The notes beneath the pieces are model-generated. The model was not told where the DNA came from, searched no databases, and saw nothing but the letters and a program-made list of their open reading frames with translations. The translations under genes and the position numbers were made by a program. DNA of 64,000 bases from Vicugna vicugna (Eukaryota). The DNA is taken from NCBI GenBank assembly GCA_013265495.1, contig MU058531.1, positions 3,720,911 to 3,784,910 on the forward strand, given 5' to 3'. The number at the start of each line of letters is the position of its first letter. Position 1 is the stretch's first letter. Positions 1-12,195 of this stretch are shown here, in pieces.

Positions 1-768
1 TCAGTTGGACTCATCAGTACCTTTCTCATTGGTCCGTGGTGCCCTGGCTTTCTGTGTTGATGAATACATATTTTGAATATCATTCCTACTTACATGTGCA
101 GTAGATACTTAATTTGGTTTTTAAGGACATGGAGATAATAAGTAAAATCCTCGATCCTTGTGCAGGTTTTCTTTGTATTTTCAGTGACAGATACTTTCTT
201 CCCTGGTTACATATTGACTCTTTCGCAGTAAGCTTTTCTTGTACTGCATATCTGTCATAGGAAAAATAATTTACATGTACATATATTATAGCAATGGATG
301 CTCAGTAGATACCCTTTTATTATAAACAGTAACAAATTATTACTGGAAATAATTAAATAATATTTTCCCCAAAGATTGTATTACTTAATCTTTTGCCTGT
401 TGTATACAGGTTCCCTTTAACTTTTTAGTTTTCAGATTATTGACTTGTATTGTCAAGTACATGTATAGTCAATTCTGATATATTTTGTAGCTGATTCAAG
501 GCAAATATTTATATTTAATTTATAGTTGTCATTTTTCTCCCAATTTATTTATCTCTCTAATATCTCTGTTGATGATTCTTCTAATATTTCTATATAAGCC
601 AAATAGTTTTAAATGAGTCTTGTTAGTCTCATAATAGTATAAGTAGTAGAAATAATTTTATTTAAAAGAATTTTGTATTTATCTTGGGAATAATCATTCT
701 TTAAAAACTACTATTAAGTGGTTCCCTGGTAACCAGAAACACAATTCATGTAACTTTCTGTGTTTCAG

Positions 769-892
769 AAACCTTTTTCCAAAAAGGACAAAGGAACTCA
801 AATCAGTTGTACATAGTGCTCCTGGTTGGAAATTATTTGGTAAAGTCCCTCCCAGAGAGAATCTTCAGAAAACTTCCAAAATCATTCAGCAG
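769..892 (+). CDS. TBC1D12: TBC1D12 coding exon (human exon 2 equivalent)
   Basis: tgtttcag acceptor and cag|gtaagt donor; 124 nt; encodes [41 protein letters not shown]. Confidence 0.96.
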
Positions 893-1847
893 GTAAGTAC
901 TAGTATAGCCGTATGGTTTGTCTTAGCTTTCCAAAAAGCTTTTTCTAGATAATTAACCATATTCTACTCTCATTCATATTTTTATATATAACATTTTAGG
1001 ATTACAGATATTTGTAGTAACCTTAATTTTTGTTTTAACACAACACATTTTCAGTTATCTTTTATGGTTGTGAAAATTCTTTACAATAATTGAACATTGA
1101 TTTCCTTTCCTAGTTATTCCTAGGATAGATTCTTTTTTTTTTCTTCGCCAGCCATTCTCACCACATACTTTGACTTCTAATTGAACATGGTAGCATTTGC
1201 CAATGGCACAGATTTTATGGATAACGATTCTTGTGAACTGATGAAATAGTATACAGTGAAAACTGAGTGGATTTTGAGATTGAACTCTTTCCTTTGTCAC
1301 TTTTCTGGTTTTCTGTCTTTACCAAGGACTTTGTGAGATGGGTGGGCACATAGTCTGTTTCTAGTAATTTATGAGCCAGTTCTTCTACTATCTGTATTAA
1401 TATCCATATTCTTGAGTTGTAAAGAATTTCAGATTTTATTTGACTCCTGAATTTATATTCTTCAGTGCTAGGAGATAAGTAAGTCTGGAAAGCAGTAAGA
1501 CTGGATCAATTTGCAGCATTTTTAAGTTCAAAGAAGTTGTTTCTCAGAAGGAGATGTATAATAAATTTCCTGTTTCTCTCCTTTCCAGTTGTATGTAGTT
1601 TATCAGATTTAACACAACCAATATTTATAAAAATAATTACATTAAAGCTATAATCATCATTCAAATTGGAAAAAAAAATTCTTTAAGGATTTAAGTGTCT
1701 TTTAATTGCTTAAAAGAAAAACTGGTTTCCCAAGTAAATAAGAAAACACTTTTTAGATCTTTAAAAGCGTTTGTTATAGTTAATTTTATTTACAAGTAAT
1801 TAAAATATTGACTAGTTATGTATGCTGCTGGGACTTAAAGCTATAGT

Positions 1848-2414
1848 GCTGTGATTCCCAAGCTGTATGCCCAGGCACCCCATGTGCTCCAGCTAACACA
1901 GAGAGGGAACCGTGGCAAATTCAGTGTTACTCCACGTTTGTTGAATACGGTATAGTCTGTAAGCTTGAGGTAGTACACAATTTCAACATTAAATAGTAAT
2001 ATATTATTTTCTGTGGCATCGTATCTTTGTGAATCTGGTTTTTCTGGGTTTGCTGTGGTAAAAAATAAGATACTGTGCGAAAATCATTCTGGAACAGGAA
2101 ATGAGGTTGTGAATGAGGTGTCCAATGTGAGTTCAAGGTTTGTGAAATTGTACAGTGCACTACAGGCATACTACATGCTCAATTAGTAATTAATTGTGGT
2201 TATTAAAGAATGAAATAAAACTTTTTTCCTTTCATGTATACTGTTTTTTCAAGTTGCTACTAAGTGTTAGAACATAAATCTTTGTTAAACTGTTTGGCAT
2301 AACTACTTATTAAACAGAATGATTAGTTATTTCTGTTGGTTTAGGAAGTACAATAAAAAAAATTACTGAGATACTGAGGTCACTGTAAATCAAGAAAGTT
2401 TTGGAATCTTTGCT
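1848..2414. mobile_element. probable ancient hAT-Charlie-type DNA transposon remnant
   Basis: Degenerate inverted termini ctgtgattcccaagct ... aaagttttggaatctttg. Confidence 0.45.
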
Positions 2415-4680
2415 ATCCGGACATCTTAAATTTTAATTTTTTGTAAAGTCTGAAAGTAACTTCTTTCATCTAGAGTTTTTCAGAAGACCAAGTTCGCCCT
2501 CTAGAGGTAAAAACAGGGGTCTTGCTATTGAAGGTTTGTATTCTTGACTTTATGGTGGTTTACCTTAAATATGCATGTGCATATACTTTTATATCTTTAT
2601 GTAAACTAATATTCTGTGACATTTTATGACCATACATCTCTAAATAAATTACTAGCTGTATAATTATCTGTTTACTGATATGCCTATGCCTTTAATCTAC
2701 TGTTTTCATGTTGGAAAGCCAAGGCCTCACATTCTTTCTCCTTTATATGTATATAATGTATATATACTTTGAAAATTTGATGAGTGGTCAGGAAAAGAAC
2801 AACTCTTATTTCCATAGGGAAGAAGGAGTGGAGTTGAAATGCAGTTGGTATCCTCCAAAACCCTTTTCTGGCCTTTTATAGATGATGATTTCTCTTCGTT
2901 GCTTCTTTTAGTTTTTGAGCTTTCCAGTCGTATGTAGGTACGAGTGTGTACAATGGTGTCTTTTTCATGGTTCTGTTTGTTTTCTGGAGGGTGTGATGGA
3001 TAGCAAAGTCATTGTTCTTCTGACCGTTCTCCACCCTCAAAATATATCTCTTTCACCATGTGATGGAATATGTTTCTGCCTCTCCCTTCCTGCTTTCTCC
3101 TTCCCTACTGTGTATGTCCTCTACTCCCCACTTGTCTCACTTTGCTGTCCTCTTCCCTGCAATTGTCATTTTCAAAGTCGACAGCATTTTCTTTTGTTAG
3201 TAATAGTAAATTTACCGCTTTGCGTCTCTGTTCCTACTTGAAAACATTTTTTCACAGACCTGATTTCTAAACTCTGTAAAACATTATGAATGTAAAACTA
3301 TATTCAAGATCCTTGATCATGTACTCCTTTTAAATATGTGTTACAATATGTGTTAAATATGTGTTTTGGAATCAGGAATCAAAAATGATCTTACCACTAA
3401 AGCCATGAAGAATGTTAGGACATGTCTGTCATGTTTTAGGGTACAGTCTTAAGCCATTAATGTTATAGAAAATTAAGGTAGACAGTAATTCTAGTGTAAA
3501 ATTGCTTGAAAAAGTGAGGCAGTGATAAAAGTACTGAGGAAAGTTAGATTCCTTTGAGCTTTCTGAAGATGCCTCATTTGGTTATTGAGTGGCAAAACAG
3601 TAAGATTTGTTACAATGTTAGAGCAGTAGTAGTATTTTATAGGGTAATTATTTTATAGCAAATATTCAGAAAGGAGTTGCTATATTCTTAAGGATAAGTA
3701 CATATTTGGGGGCTAGAATTTTTTTTTTTTTGGTGGAAAGACACCTGTAAGATTATAAAGTGAACTAGAGAGTAAGTAAGTTTTGATATACAAACTTTTT
3801 CCCCTAGTAATTGTTAATTACAGAAATAACACGATTATGTTCTCTATATAAAGTATAAAACATTATAGGAATGTATGTCTCATTTCACTTTCCCTACATG
3901 TTTTTAGGCCTTTTAAAATCCAATTTTTATGTGGAAAACATGATTATTTTCATGTGTGTAAATTTTTACGTGTATGGTGTTATGTATTTTTTTCAAGAAC
4001 AAAATGTTACTATATATACATTTTGGGGGGACTTATCTAACTTTTCCATGTTTTGCACCTATAACTTTTTGAAGATTTATGAAATTCAAAAGTGAAAGAT
4101 ACTTGTAGATTAAATATTTTTTAAATTTTATTCTTGTAGTAAATTTTATTAAATGTCTAAATCAATTTTAGTGCTTTCCATGTTAATGGTAAAGAAATAT
4201 AAAAATCACTTTAGGTAACAGCAAAATCAGATTGACTCAAGCTTGGCATTTAACTTGACAATCAACTCCCAAATCACATGAATATTCATAATGTTATTTT
4301 ATGAGGATTATCACATGTGTTCTCTTGCAGGTGTGAAATTCCTGCTTGTGGCCATTTGAACCAGTTGGTGAGCCATGTTAAAAATTGCATCTATTAATTA
4401 TGAATAATATTTCAGTTATATGGTAGTTCAATTGACCTAAGTTTTTGTTTTTTCTAAATTAATAGGCTGAAGTTGGAATGCAGCTACATAGTTTGTTTCA
4501 TGATTTCCAAACTGCAAGTGAGAATTATTTCAAATGAGCCATGTTATGTATAATTGTAACATGATTGCATATTAGTTGAGTATACTCTATTTATGTCAAA
4601 CTGACAATCTTGCAGTAGAAACTGATTTTTTTGCTTGGCAATTTTTATATTGGCATCTTTAATGAGAAAAGGAGGTTGTA

Positions 4681-4771
4681 CCATGAATGACTGAAAAATT
4701 GTACTGAACACTGGAATTTGACACAACATTGTAAAATGATTATAAATCAATAAAAAATGTTAAAAAAAAAA
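4681..4771 (+). mobile_element. very short 5'-truncated young L1 (3' end plus polyA)
   Basis: AATAAA and A-tail; perfect 16-bp TSD agaaaaggaggttgta at 4665-4680 and 4772-4787. Confidence 0.85.
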
Positions 4772-7700
4772 AGAAAAGGAGGTTGTAGTACTTAGTTGAT
4801 GTTTCATGTTTTTCATCACTCATGTCTTTTTCTGAGTGATGTATTACTTCAGTGATTGAATCACTTTCACATAACTTTTGAAAGGCAAGGGAAAAAATGT
4901 TTTAAAACAGCGATTTCTTAATCTGAGCATTTCATATTGTCTAAAAGTAGAATAAGTCACTCTCCTCAATTAAGCCTTTGATTTTAAAATTTTTTGCTTT
5001 GGGAACAATAGCATTGTGGAAAGGACTAGAATACATGTCCTTTGTGAGCAGTTATGTTAAATATATAACATCTTGCAAGTGGTAGAGCTTAATTTTCTGG
5101 TTACTAACTTTGTTGGTGTGTGTAGCATTAGGACGCTTGAAAACAGCTTGTTGGTTTTAATTACATTTAAATATAGATACGATAGGTGTAAAATTTGAGC
5201 ACTGCAGTAAATTGTGGAGGGGCTGGATTACTTTCAGGATTCATTTTTGATAAGTCCTTAAAATTGTTATACACTTGCATGTTTTTTTCACTTTTATTTA
5301 CCTAATGTATCCTCACCTTGAAAAGGTAGTTAATAACTACCTTTCTAGCTGCATGTGTGTTCCTTATTTATACTTAATAAGTTATATCTTTCCTATGTAT
5401 AAATAAATAGATTTCATAAAAGTTAATTTGTGTGGTCTGAAGATTGAGAGAGGAATTTATAACAGCTCTGGGCCTGTGCTTCTGGGAGAGGGGGAAAGTA
5501 TGAACTTTAAGAGGGAAGGTTAAATTAGTTAAAGAAAAAACTAAATGAATAAAAATAATAAGTTCCCATAAAATGAACAGGACAGGATTTGGGGGAAATT
5601 TTTTTTATATTGTTGGAGACAGAGCCTTGGAAAGGAGTTTCAGTTTGAAAATACTTACTTGCTGTTTGATTCCATACATAGTTTGAGTATCAGAGTTACA
5701 GTAGAAGTTGTATTCATTCTATCTTTATGTCAGATTTGTATGTTGTTAGGCTTCAGATTACACTGAACAAACAAGATTGTACTGATAACTTTGCCAAAAT
5801 GAAGTTTGTTAAGGGACTTCTGTATGCCAGAGGTGATGAAATGCTTTGCCTGAAGGTTTCAGTTAAGCTTGAATTCTGGGATGGGTTCTATTTCTTCTAA
5901 TAAACACATTCTGGAATAAACCAATAAAGGCATCCTAATCAGCTAAACCCTCTCTACTCCAAGCATGATTAATTTCCCTGGCTCTTAGATCAAGTGGTAT
6001 AAGAGTGCTTCTTTATCTTGAGCAGACATGGTCTTGAGGTGATAGAGATATCCACATGGGGAGTTTCTTCCATTTCTGAAACATCATTCTGGCTCTCTGT
6101 AAATTGTCCACAGAATACAGAAGTAGGAGGGTTTACTTACTGATGTGGGTTTAATAGTTAATCCCTTTAGGAGGAGTGTTCTCACTGTCCACTGAAACTC
6201 AAAAGTCACGGCAGTGTGTATATCAGGCTATTTTGACTTTGACATTGTCTTTTGAAGAGAAGCTCCTATTCTATTTCTTCTCCCTAGCCTATATTTTACT
6301 TTGAGAAGCTAATCAAAGACTCCTGCCTCCCTCCCTTTGAACCCATAGACTGATCTTGTCTCACATTTCGCTCCTAGTACACGCTCTTTCTGGTGAATCC
6401 CTTTAGATACAGAACCCAAGGCATCAGAATGTGGTGGAATACCATTCTGCCACTTACTCACTGTGTGACCTCATATTAGCAAGCTCTAAACCTTTTCTCT
6501 AGCAGACCTTGAAGGACAAAATTCTTTAATTGATCCTAGATTCCTAAGATGGTCTGACTTTCATTTTGATGAATATATAATGTATTCAACATTACAATAG
6601 ACATGATTCAGGTTCTTGGAATATAGATAAATATAAGTCTGAGCCTTTCAGTTATTCTAGTATAACTGTGGACATGAGGGGGAAGGTTCATATATAGTTT
6701 TAATGTAGTGTAGTAAGTGCTGTAGTAGAATTGTGAACAAAGTTTGAGAGTAGAGATGAAAGAGTGGATAATTTTCTGCACAGATGACAGGTGATTTGTG
6801 TTCTGAAGTGTGCTAGTAGAAGTTCACTAGATAGACAAGATGGGAAAGCCTTTCCAGATAGAGGTGGTTGAATGAGCAACAGGAATGCATAAGACTTGTT
6901 TATTGTTTAGCTTAGTATTAGGTCAGTATTTCAGGGAGGTAGGGTAGATAGTGAAGGTCATTAGCCACAAAGCTAGAAAGTTGGGTTTTAACCAAAATAC
7001 TTCTAAATAAGGCAGTAAGACATCAAATCCATATATTAGAAAAATTCTGGAGGCATTATAGAAGTTATAAAAGAGTAGGTTTGCGAACAAGGACATTAAG
7101 ATTAATTATGGTACTTTATGATTCTGATTCCCACAGTGGAATACCTAGGAAATGTGTTAAGAATACAGATTACTCAGTGCAACCTTGTATCAGGCAGCCC
7201 AACCCTGACCTAAAGTAAATTCCCAGGAGACTTTTTCCCTGGGTTTTGAATTTGCAGTAACAGGTGTGAACATTCTAGCAGCCATTTGATGATCATGTAT
7301 GATACTGCAAACAGGACCAAAAAAAAAAAAAAACCAGATTTCTCGGCCCCATACTTTGAGTTCTTAATGTCAGTTATGTGATTTTCAATTCTTGTGTTTG
7401 TAGTTGGTTCTTTTTCAAATCTACTATATCACTTTTTACAGTTTACAGTTCCCTGCTGACATTTCAAGCTTGACCTTTATCTTCTTAAACATAGTAAGTA
7501 TAGTTGTTTCATAGTCTGTGTCTGATAATTCCAATGGCTGGAAATTCTGTAGGTCTATTTATATTGAACACTGATTCTTCTAGTTTTTATCATCAGATGC
7601 TGTTTTATCTCTGTGTGTACCTGGTTACCTTTTGGGTGCTGGATGTGATATTTGAAACATCATATGTAGAAAACAATTTGAAGGCTAAGGTGACCATCCT

Positions 7701-7944
7701 TCAGAGATTTGAATTTATGTCTCTCAGGTCCCTGATGGCACTAGCTATCTAGTTTTTTCGTCCATCCAGATGAGATAAAGCTCAGATGCATTCTGTTTTG
7801 GCCGTTTTTCTTATTAAATTGTAAAATTTTCAGATTGTTAAACTAACTTTGCATTCCTGGGATAAACTCCAGTTAGTCACAGTTATTATCCATTTTGTAT
7901 GTTGTTGGATTCAATTTCCTTTACACACACACCTATATATATAT

Positions 7945-10030
7945 TTTAATGAATAAGCTATTTTTAGAGCAGTATTGAATTCACATAAAAATCGAGCAGA
8001 AATTACAGAGAGTTTCTGTATGTCCCTTCTCTCCCTACACATACAACCTCCTTTACTATTGACATCCTACACCACAGTGTGGTACATTTGTGTACTGTGT
8101 GGTAAACAGTGAACCTACATTGACACATCATTATCACCCAAAGACCACAGTTTACATTAGGGTTCACTCTTGTTGTACATTCTATGGGTTATGACAAATG
8201 TATTATGACATGTATCCACAATTATAGTATTATGTAGAAGTTTCACTGCCCTGAAAATCTCTGCTCTGCCTATTTGTCCTCCCTATTCCCCTAACTCCTG
8301 GTAACCAATTATCTTTTTGCTATCTCCATAGTTATGCTTTTTCCAGAATGTCATATAGTTGGAATTATACAGTAGTACAGTCTTTTCAGATTGACTTCTT
8401 TCACTTAGTAATAGCCATCCAAGTTGTCTTCATGTCTTTTCATGACATGAAATTTTTTTAAAATGCTGAATAATATTCCATTGTCAGAATGTACCACAGT
8501 TCATTTATTCATTCACATCCTGAAGTACATCTTGGTTGCCTCCAAGTTTTATCAATAATAAATAAAGCTGCTGTAAACGTCTGTGTGCAAATATTTTTGT
8601 GGATGTAAGTTTTCATTTCATTTGGATAAACACCTGATTGCTGGATTGTACGGCATTTTAGTTTTGTAGAAACAGCCAAATTGTCTTCCAGGGTAGCTGT
8701 AGCCATTTTGCATTTCGGCCAGCAATGAATGAGCGTTCCTATTGCTTCACGTCCTCACCAGTAGTGGGTGCTGTCAGCATTTTGGATTTTGACCATTCTA
8801 ATAGGTGTGTGGTGGTATCTGATTGTTGTTTGAATTTGCAATTCTCAATTAACATATGAAGTAGAGCATTTTTAATGTTTACTTGATATCTGTATATCTT
8901 ATTTAGTGAGGTTTCTTTTCTGATCTTTCGCCAAAAGAACTCAGTAGAGTTTTAGGAGATTTAGTATAGCAGTCCTTTATTCAGATATATGTTTTGCAAG
9001 TATTTCCTCCCAGTCTGTGTCTTGTCTTGTCTTCTCATTCTCTTGACAGTGTCTTTCACAGAGCATAGGTTTTTAATTTGAATGAAGTCCTGCTTCTCAT
9101 TTATTTCTTTCATGGATTAGTCTTATGCCTTTGGTCTTATATCTAAATAAAGTCATCATCATACCAAAAGTAATCTAGGTTTCCTCTTATCTCCTAGTAG
9201 TTCTCTAGTTTTCTGTTTTACATTTAGGTCTATAATCCATTTTTAGTTAAAATTTTTGTGGAGAGTGTAAGGTCTACATCTAGATCCATTTTTTTTTTTT
9301 TTTACGTATGGATATCCAGTTATCCCACACCATTTGTTGAAAAGACTGTCTTTGCTCCATTTTATTACCTCTGCTCCTTTGTCCAAAGTTAGTTGACTGT
9401 GTTTGTATGGGTCTATTTCTGGGCTGTCCGTTCTGTTCCATTGATCTATTTGTCTAGTCTTCTGTCATTACTACACTGCTTGATTACTGTAGCTTTATAG
9501 TAGATCTTGAAGTCAGGTAGTATCAGTCCTTCAACTTTCTTCTTCAATATTGTGTTGGCTATTCAGGGTCTTTTGCCTCTACATATAAACTTTAGAATCA
9601 CTTTGTCAGTGTCCCCAAAGTAACTTGTTGCGATTTTTATTGGGATTGTGTTAAATCTATAGATCAAGTTTGGAAGAACTGATATCTTGACAGTATCTCC
9701 TGCTCTTACTATTCATGAAATTGGATTATCTCTTCATTTATTTAGTCATTCTTTGGTATCATCAGAGTTTTGTAATTTTCTTCATGTAGATATTGTACAT
9801 ATTTTGTTAGATTTATACCTAATTATTTCACTTTTGTGTGCTAATGGAAATATTAATGTGTTTTGATTTCAAATTCCTTTTATTCATAGCTGGTATATAA
9901 GAAAGTGATTGACTTTCCTTATATCCTGCAACCTTGCTGTAATCACTTACTACTTCCAGGAATTTTTTTGACCGTTCTTTTGAATTTTCTACATAGGCAG
10001 TCATGGCATGTGCAAACAAAAACAGTTTTT
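7945..10030 (-). mobile_element. old L1 (L1MC-like) 3' UTR and decayed ORF2 C-terminus
   Basis: Minus-strand peptides resemble L1 ORF2 (e.g. YPNEMKTYIH..FTAALFII..TWRQPRC; KLFLFAHAMTAYVEN). Confidence 0.85.
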
Positions 10031-10064
10031 GTTCCTCCTTTTCCAATCAGTGACATTATCTAAG

Positions 10065-10276
10065 CCATGGTTTCCCAACCTCAGTGCTGCTGACATTGCA
10101 GGCCTTGTAATTTTTGTTCTTGAGGCCTTTCCTGTGCAATGTAGGATTAGCAGCATCCTTGGCCTTTGCCCAGTAGATGTCAGTAGCATCCCCTCACAGT
10201 TGTGGTGACCAAAAATGTCTCTAGATGTTGCCAAACATTCTTCGGGGCCAAAATCGACCCCCATTGAGAATTTCTA
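10065..10276 (-). mobile_element. MER20 DNA transposon (hAT-Charlie)
   Basis: ccagtagatgtcagtagcatcccc...accaaaaatgtctctagatgttgccaaa matches recalled MER20 reverse strand. Confidence 0.85.
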
Positions 10277-11019
10277 ACATATAAACTGAGTGTGGAATGT
10301 TTTTGTTTCTGAATAGGTTTCTAATTATGAATTTAATATTTTAATTGATGTATTTTTTTCTTGAGTCATTTTGGTCAACTTACATCTTCAAGAGATTTTT
10401 AGATTTCACCTATGTTGTAGGATGTATTGGAGTAATGTTGTTAATAATAGTCTCTTATTTTAATGTCTACTGGTTATGTGATATGGATAGAGATTATCTC
10501 TCATATATTCCTAATTTTAGTCATTTGTGTCTTCTTTTCTTCTTGGTCAGTTTTACCAGAATATATCAGTTTTACTGATCTTTAAAAATAAACACTTTTT
10601 GTTTCATTGATTTTAACCTCTTTCGCTTTTTCTGTCTCAGTTATTTTTGCTCTTTATTATTTACTTTCCTCTTGCTTTGGATTTTTTTTTTCTAGTTTTC
10701 TTAAGGTGGATCATTAATTTTAGATCTTTATCTTTTTAATATGTGTATTAAACTATACATTTCTAACTATGCTGTAGCTGTGTTTCACAAGTTTCAGTAT
10801 TTTTATTTTCACTTGATTAAAAATATTTTCTGTTATTTGTTTTACTCATGATTGTTCAGAAATGTGTGTGTGTGTGTTTTTTTTTAGACTGTCTTGGATT
10901 TTCAAGTTTTACAATTACAGTAACTAAAATGTAGATAATTTTATCTCTTAACACCTCTAATTCCCTTCTTCTTCCTGTTTGGTTTGTCTAGTATCTCAAA
11001 AATAATATTAAATAGTAGC

Positions 11020-11270
11020 AATGATAGTCAGTATTTACCAAATACTTACATGCACCTATTGAGTACTTTAGACCTATCAAGCTATTAACACCTCACAGCA
11101 AGCAGCCTTAAGATTTAAGTATTATCATATCTCCATTTACAGAGAGGGAAACTCAGCAGAGAAATAGTAAGTAAATTGCCCACAGTCATGTAGGTTCTAG
11201 GTGGCAAGGTTGGGATTTGAACCCTGGTAATTGAATGCAAAATTCCACAAACTTTACCATTTGCTTCAGT
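11020..11270 (-). mobile_element. MIR SINE
   Basis: Core ccatttacagagagggaaactcagc...aagtaaattgcccacagtca...gggatttgaaccc. Confidence 0.8.
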
Positions 11271-11472
11271 GTGAGTGATTAAATAACCTTTGTTTGTTTC
11301 TGACTCTGATGAATTATTTCTGGTGGTTCCCCGTTAAGTATAATATAATGATGGTTTTTGCGTTAAGATAGATCTACTTAATCATGTTAAGGATTGAGAG
11401 TTTTTATGAAGAATAGATGTACATTTTTTTTCAAATTTGAACCCATTTAATTTAATTTATTTTCTTTAACGT

Positions 11473-12195
11473 TAATTTTTTTTATTGAGTAATAGTCATT
11501 TTACAATTTTGTGTCAAATTCCAGGGTAGAGCACAATTTTTCAGTTACATATGAATATGCTTATATTCATTGTCACATTTTTTTTTCACTGTGAGCTACC
11601 ACAAGATCTTGTGTATATTTCCCTGTGCTATGCAGTATAATCTTGTTTATCTATTCTACATTTTAAAATCACAGTCTGTCCCTTCCCATCCCGCTACCCC
11701 CTTGGCAACCACAAGTTTATATTCTATGTCTGTGAGTCTGTTTCTGTTTTGAATTTATGTTCTTTTTTTTTTTTTTTTNNNNNNNNNNNNNNNNNNNNNN
11801 NNNNNNNNNNNNNNNNNNNNNNNNNNNNNNNNNNNNNNNNNNNNNNNNNNNNNNNNNNNNNNNNNNNNNNNNNNNNNNNNNNNNNNNNNNNNNNNNNNNN
11901 NNNNNNNNNNNNNNNNNNNNNNNNNNNNNNNNNNNNNNNNNNNNNNNNNNNNNNNNNNNNNNNNNNNNNNNNNNNNNNNNNNNNNNNNNNNNNNNNNNNN
12001 NNNNNNNNNNNNNNNNNNNNNNNNNNNNNNNNNNNNNNNATTCTACTTGTAATTCATGGTAGTTATCACCTTTCCAGTTATGAGTTTCTCATTTTTGTAG
12101 CATCCTGCTTCTTTTCTATTTAGAGTAGACCTGTCAGTATTTCTTTTAGCATGGGTTTAGTGTTGCTAAACTCTTTTAGTTTTTGCTTGTCTGTG
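11473..12195 (-). mobile_element. young lineage-specific L1 spanning the assembly gap
   Basis: 3' end (T-run, ttattga, same family as 4681-4771) left of the gap; ORF1-end/inter-ORF-like sequence right of the gap. Confidence 0.75.
11779..12039. other. assembly gap (261 N)
   Basis: Run of n. Confidence 1.

Noticed and set aside
2882..2937. Further exon-like segment (ttttatag|atgatg...tag|gtacga)
   Set aside because: 56 nt, in-frame stop and weak donor; no supporting motifs
11749..12123. ORFs of 124 and 101 aa
   Set aside because: Artefacts of translating the N gap
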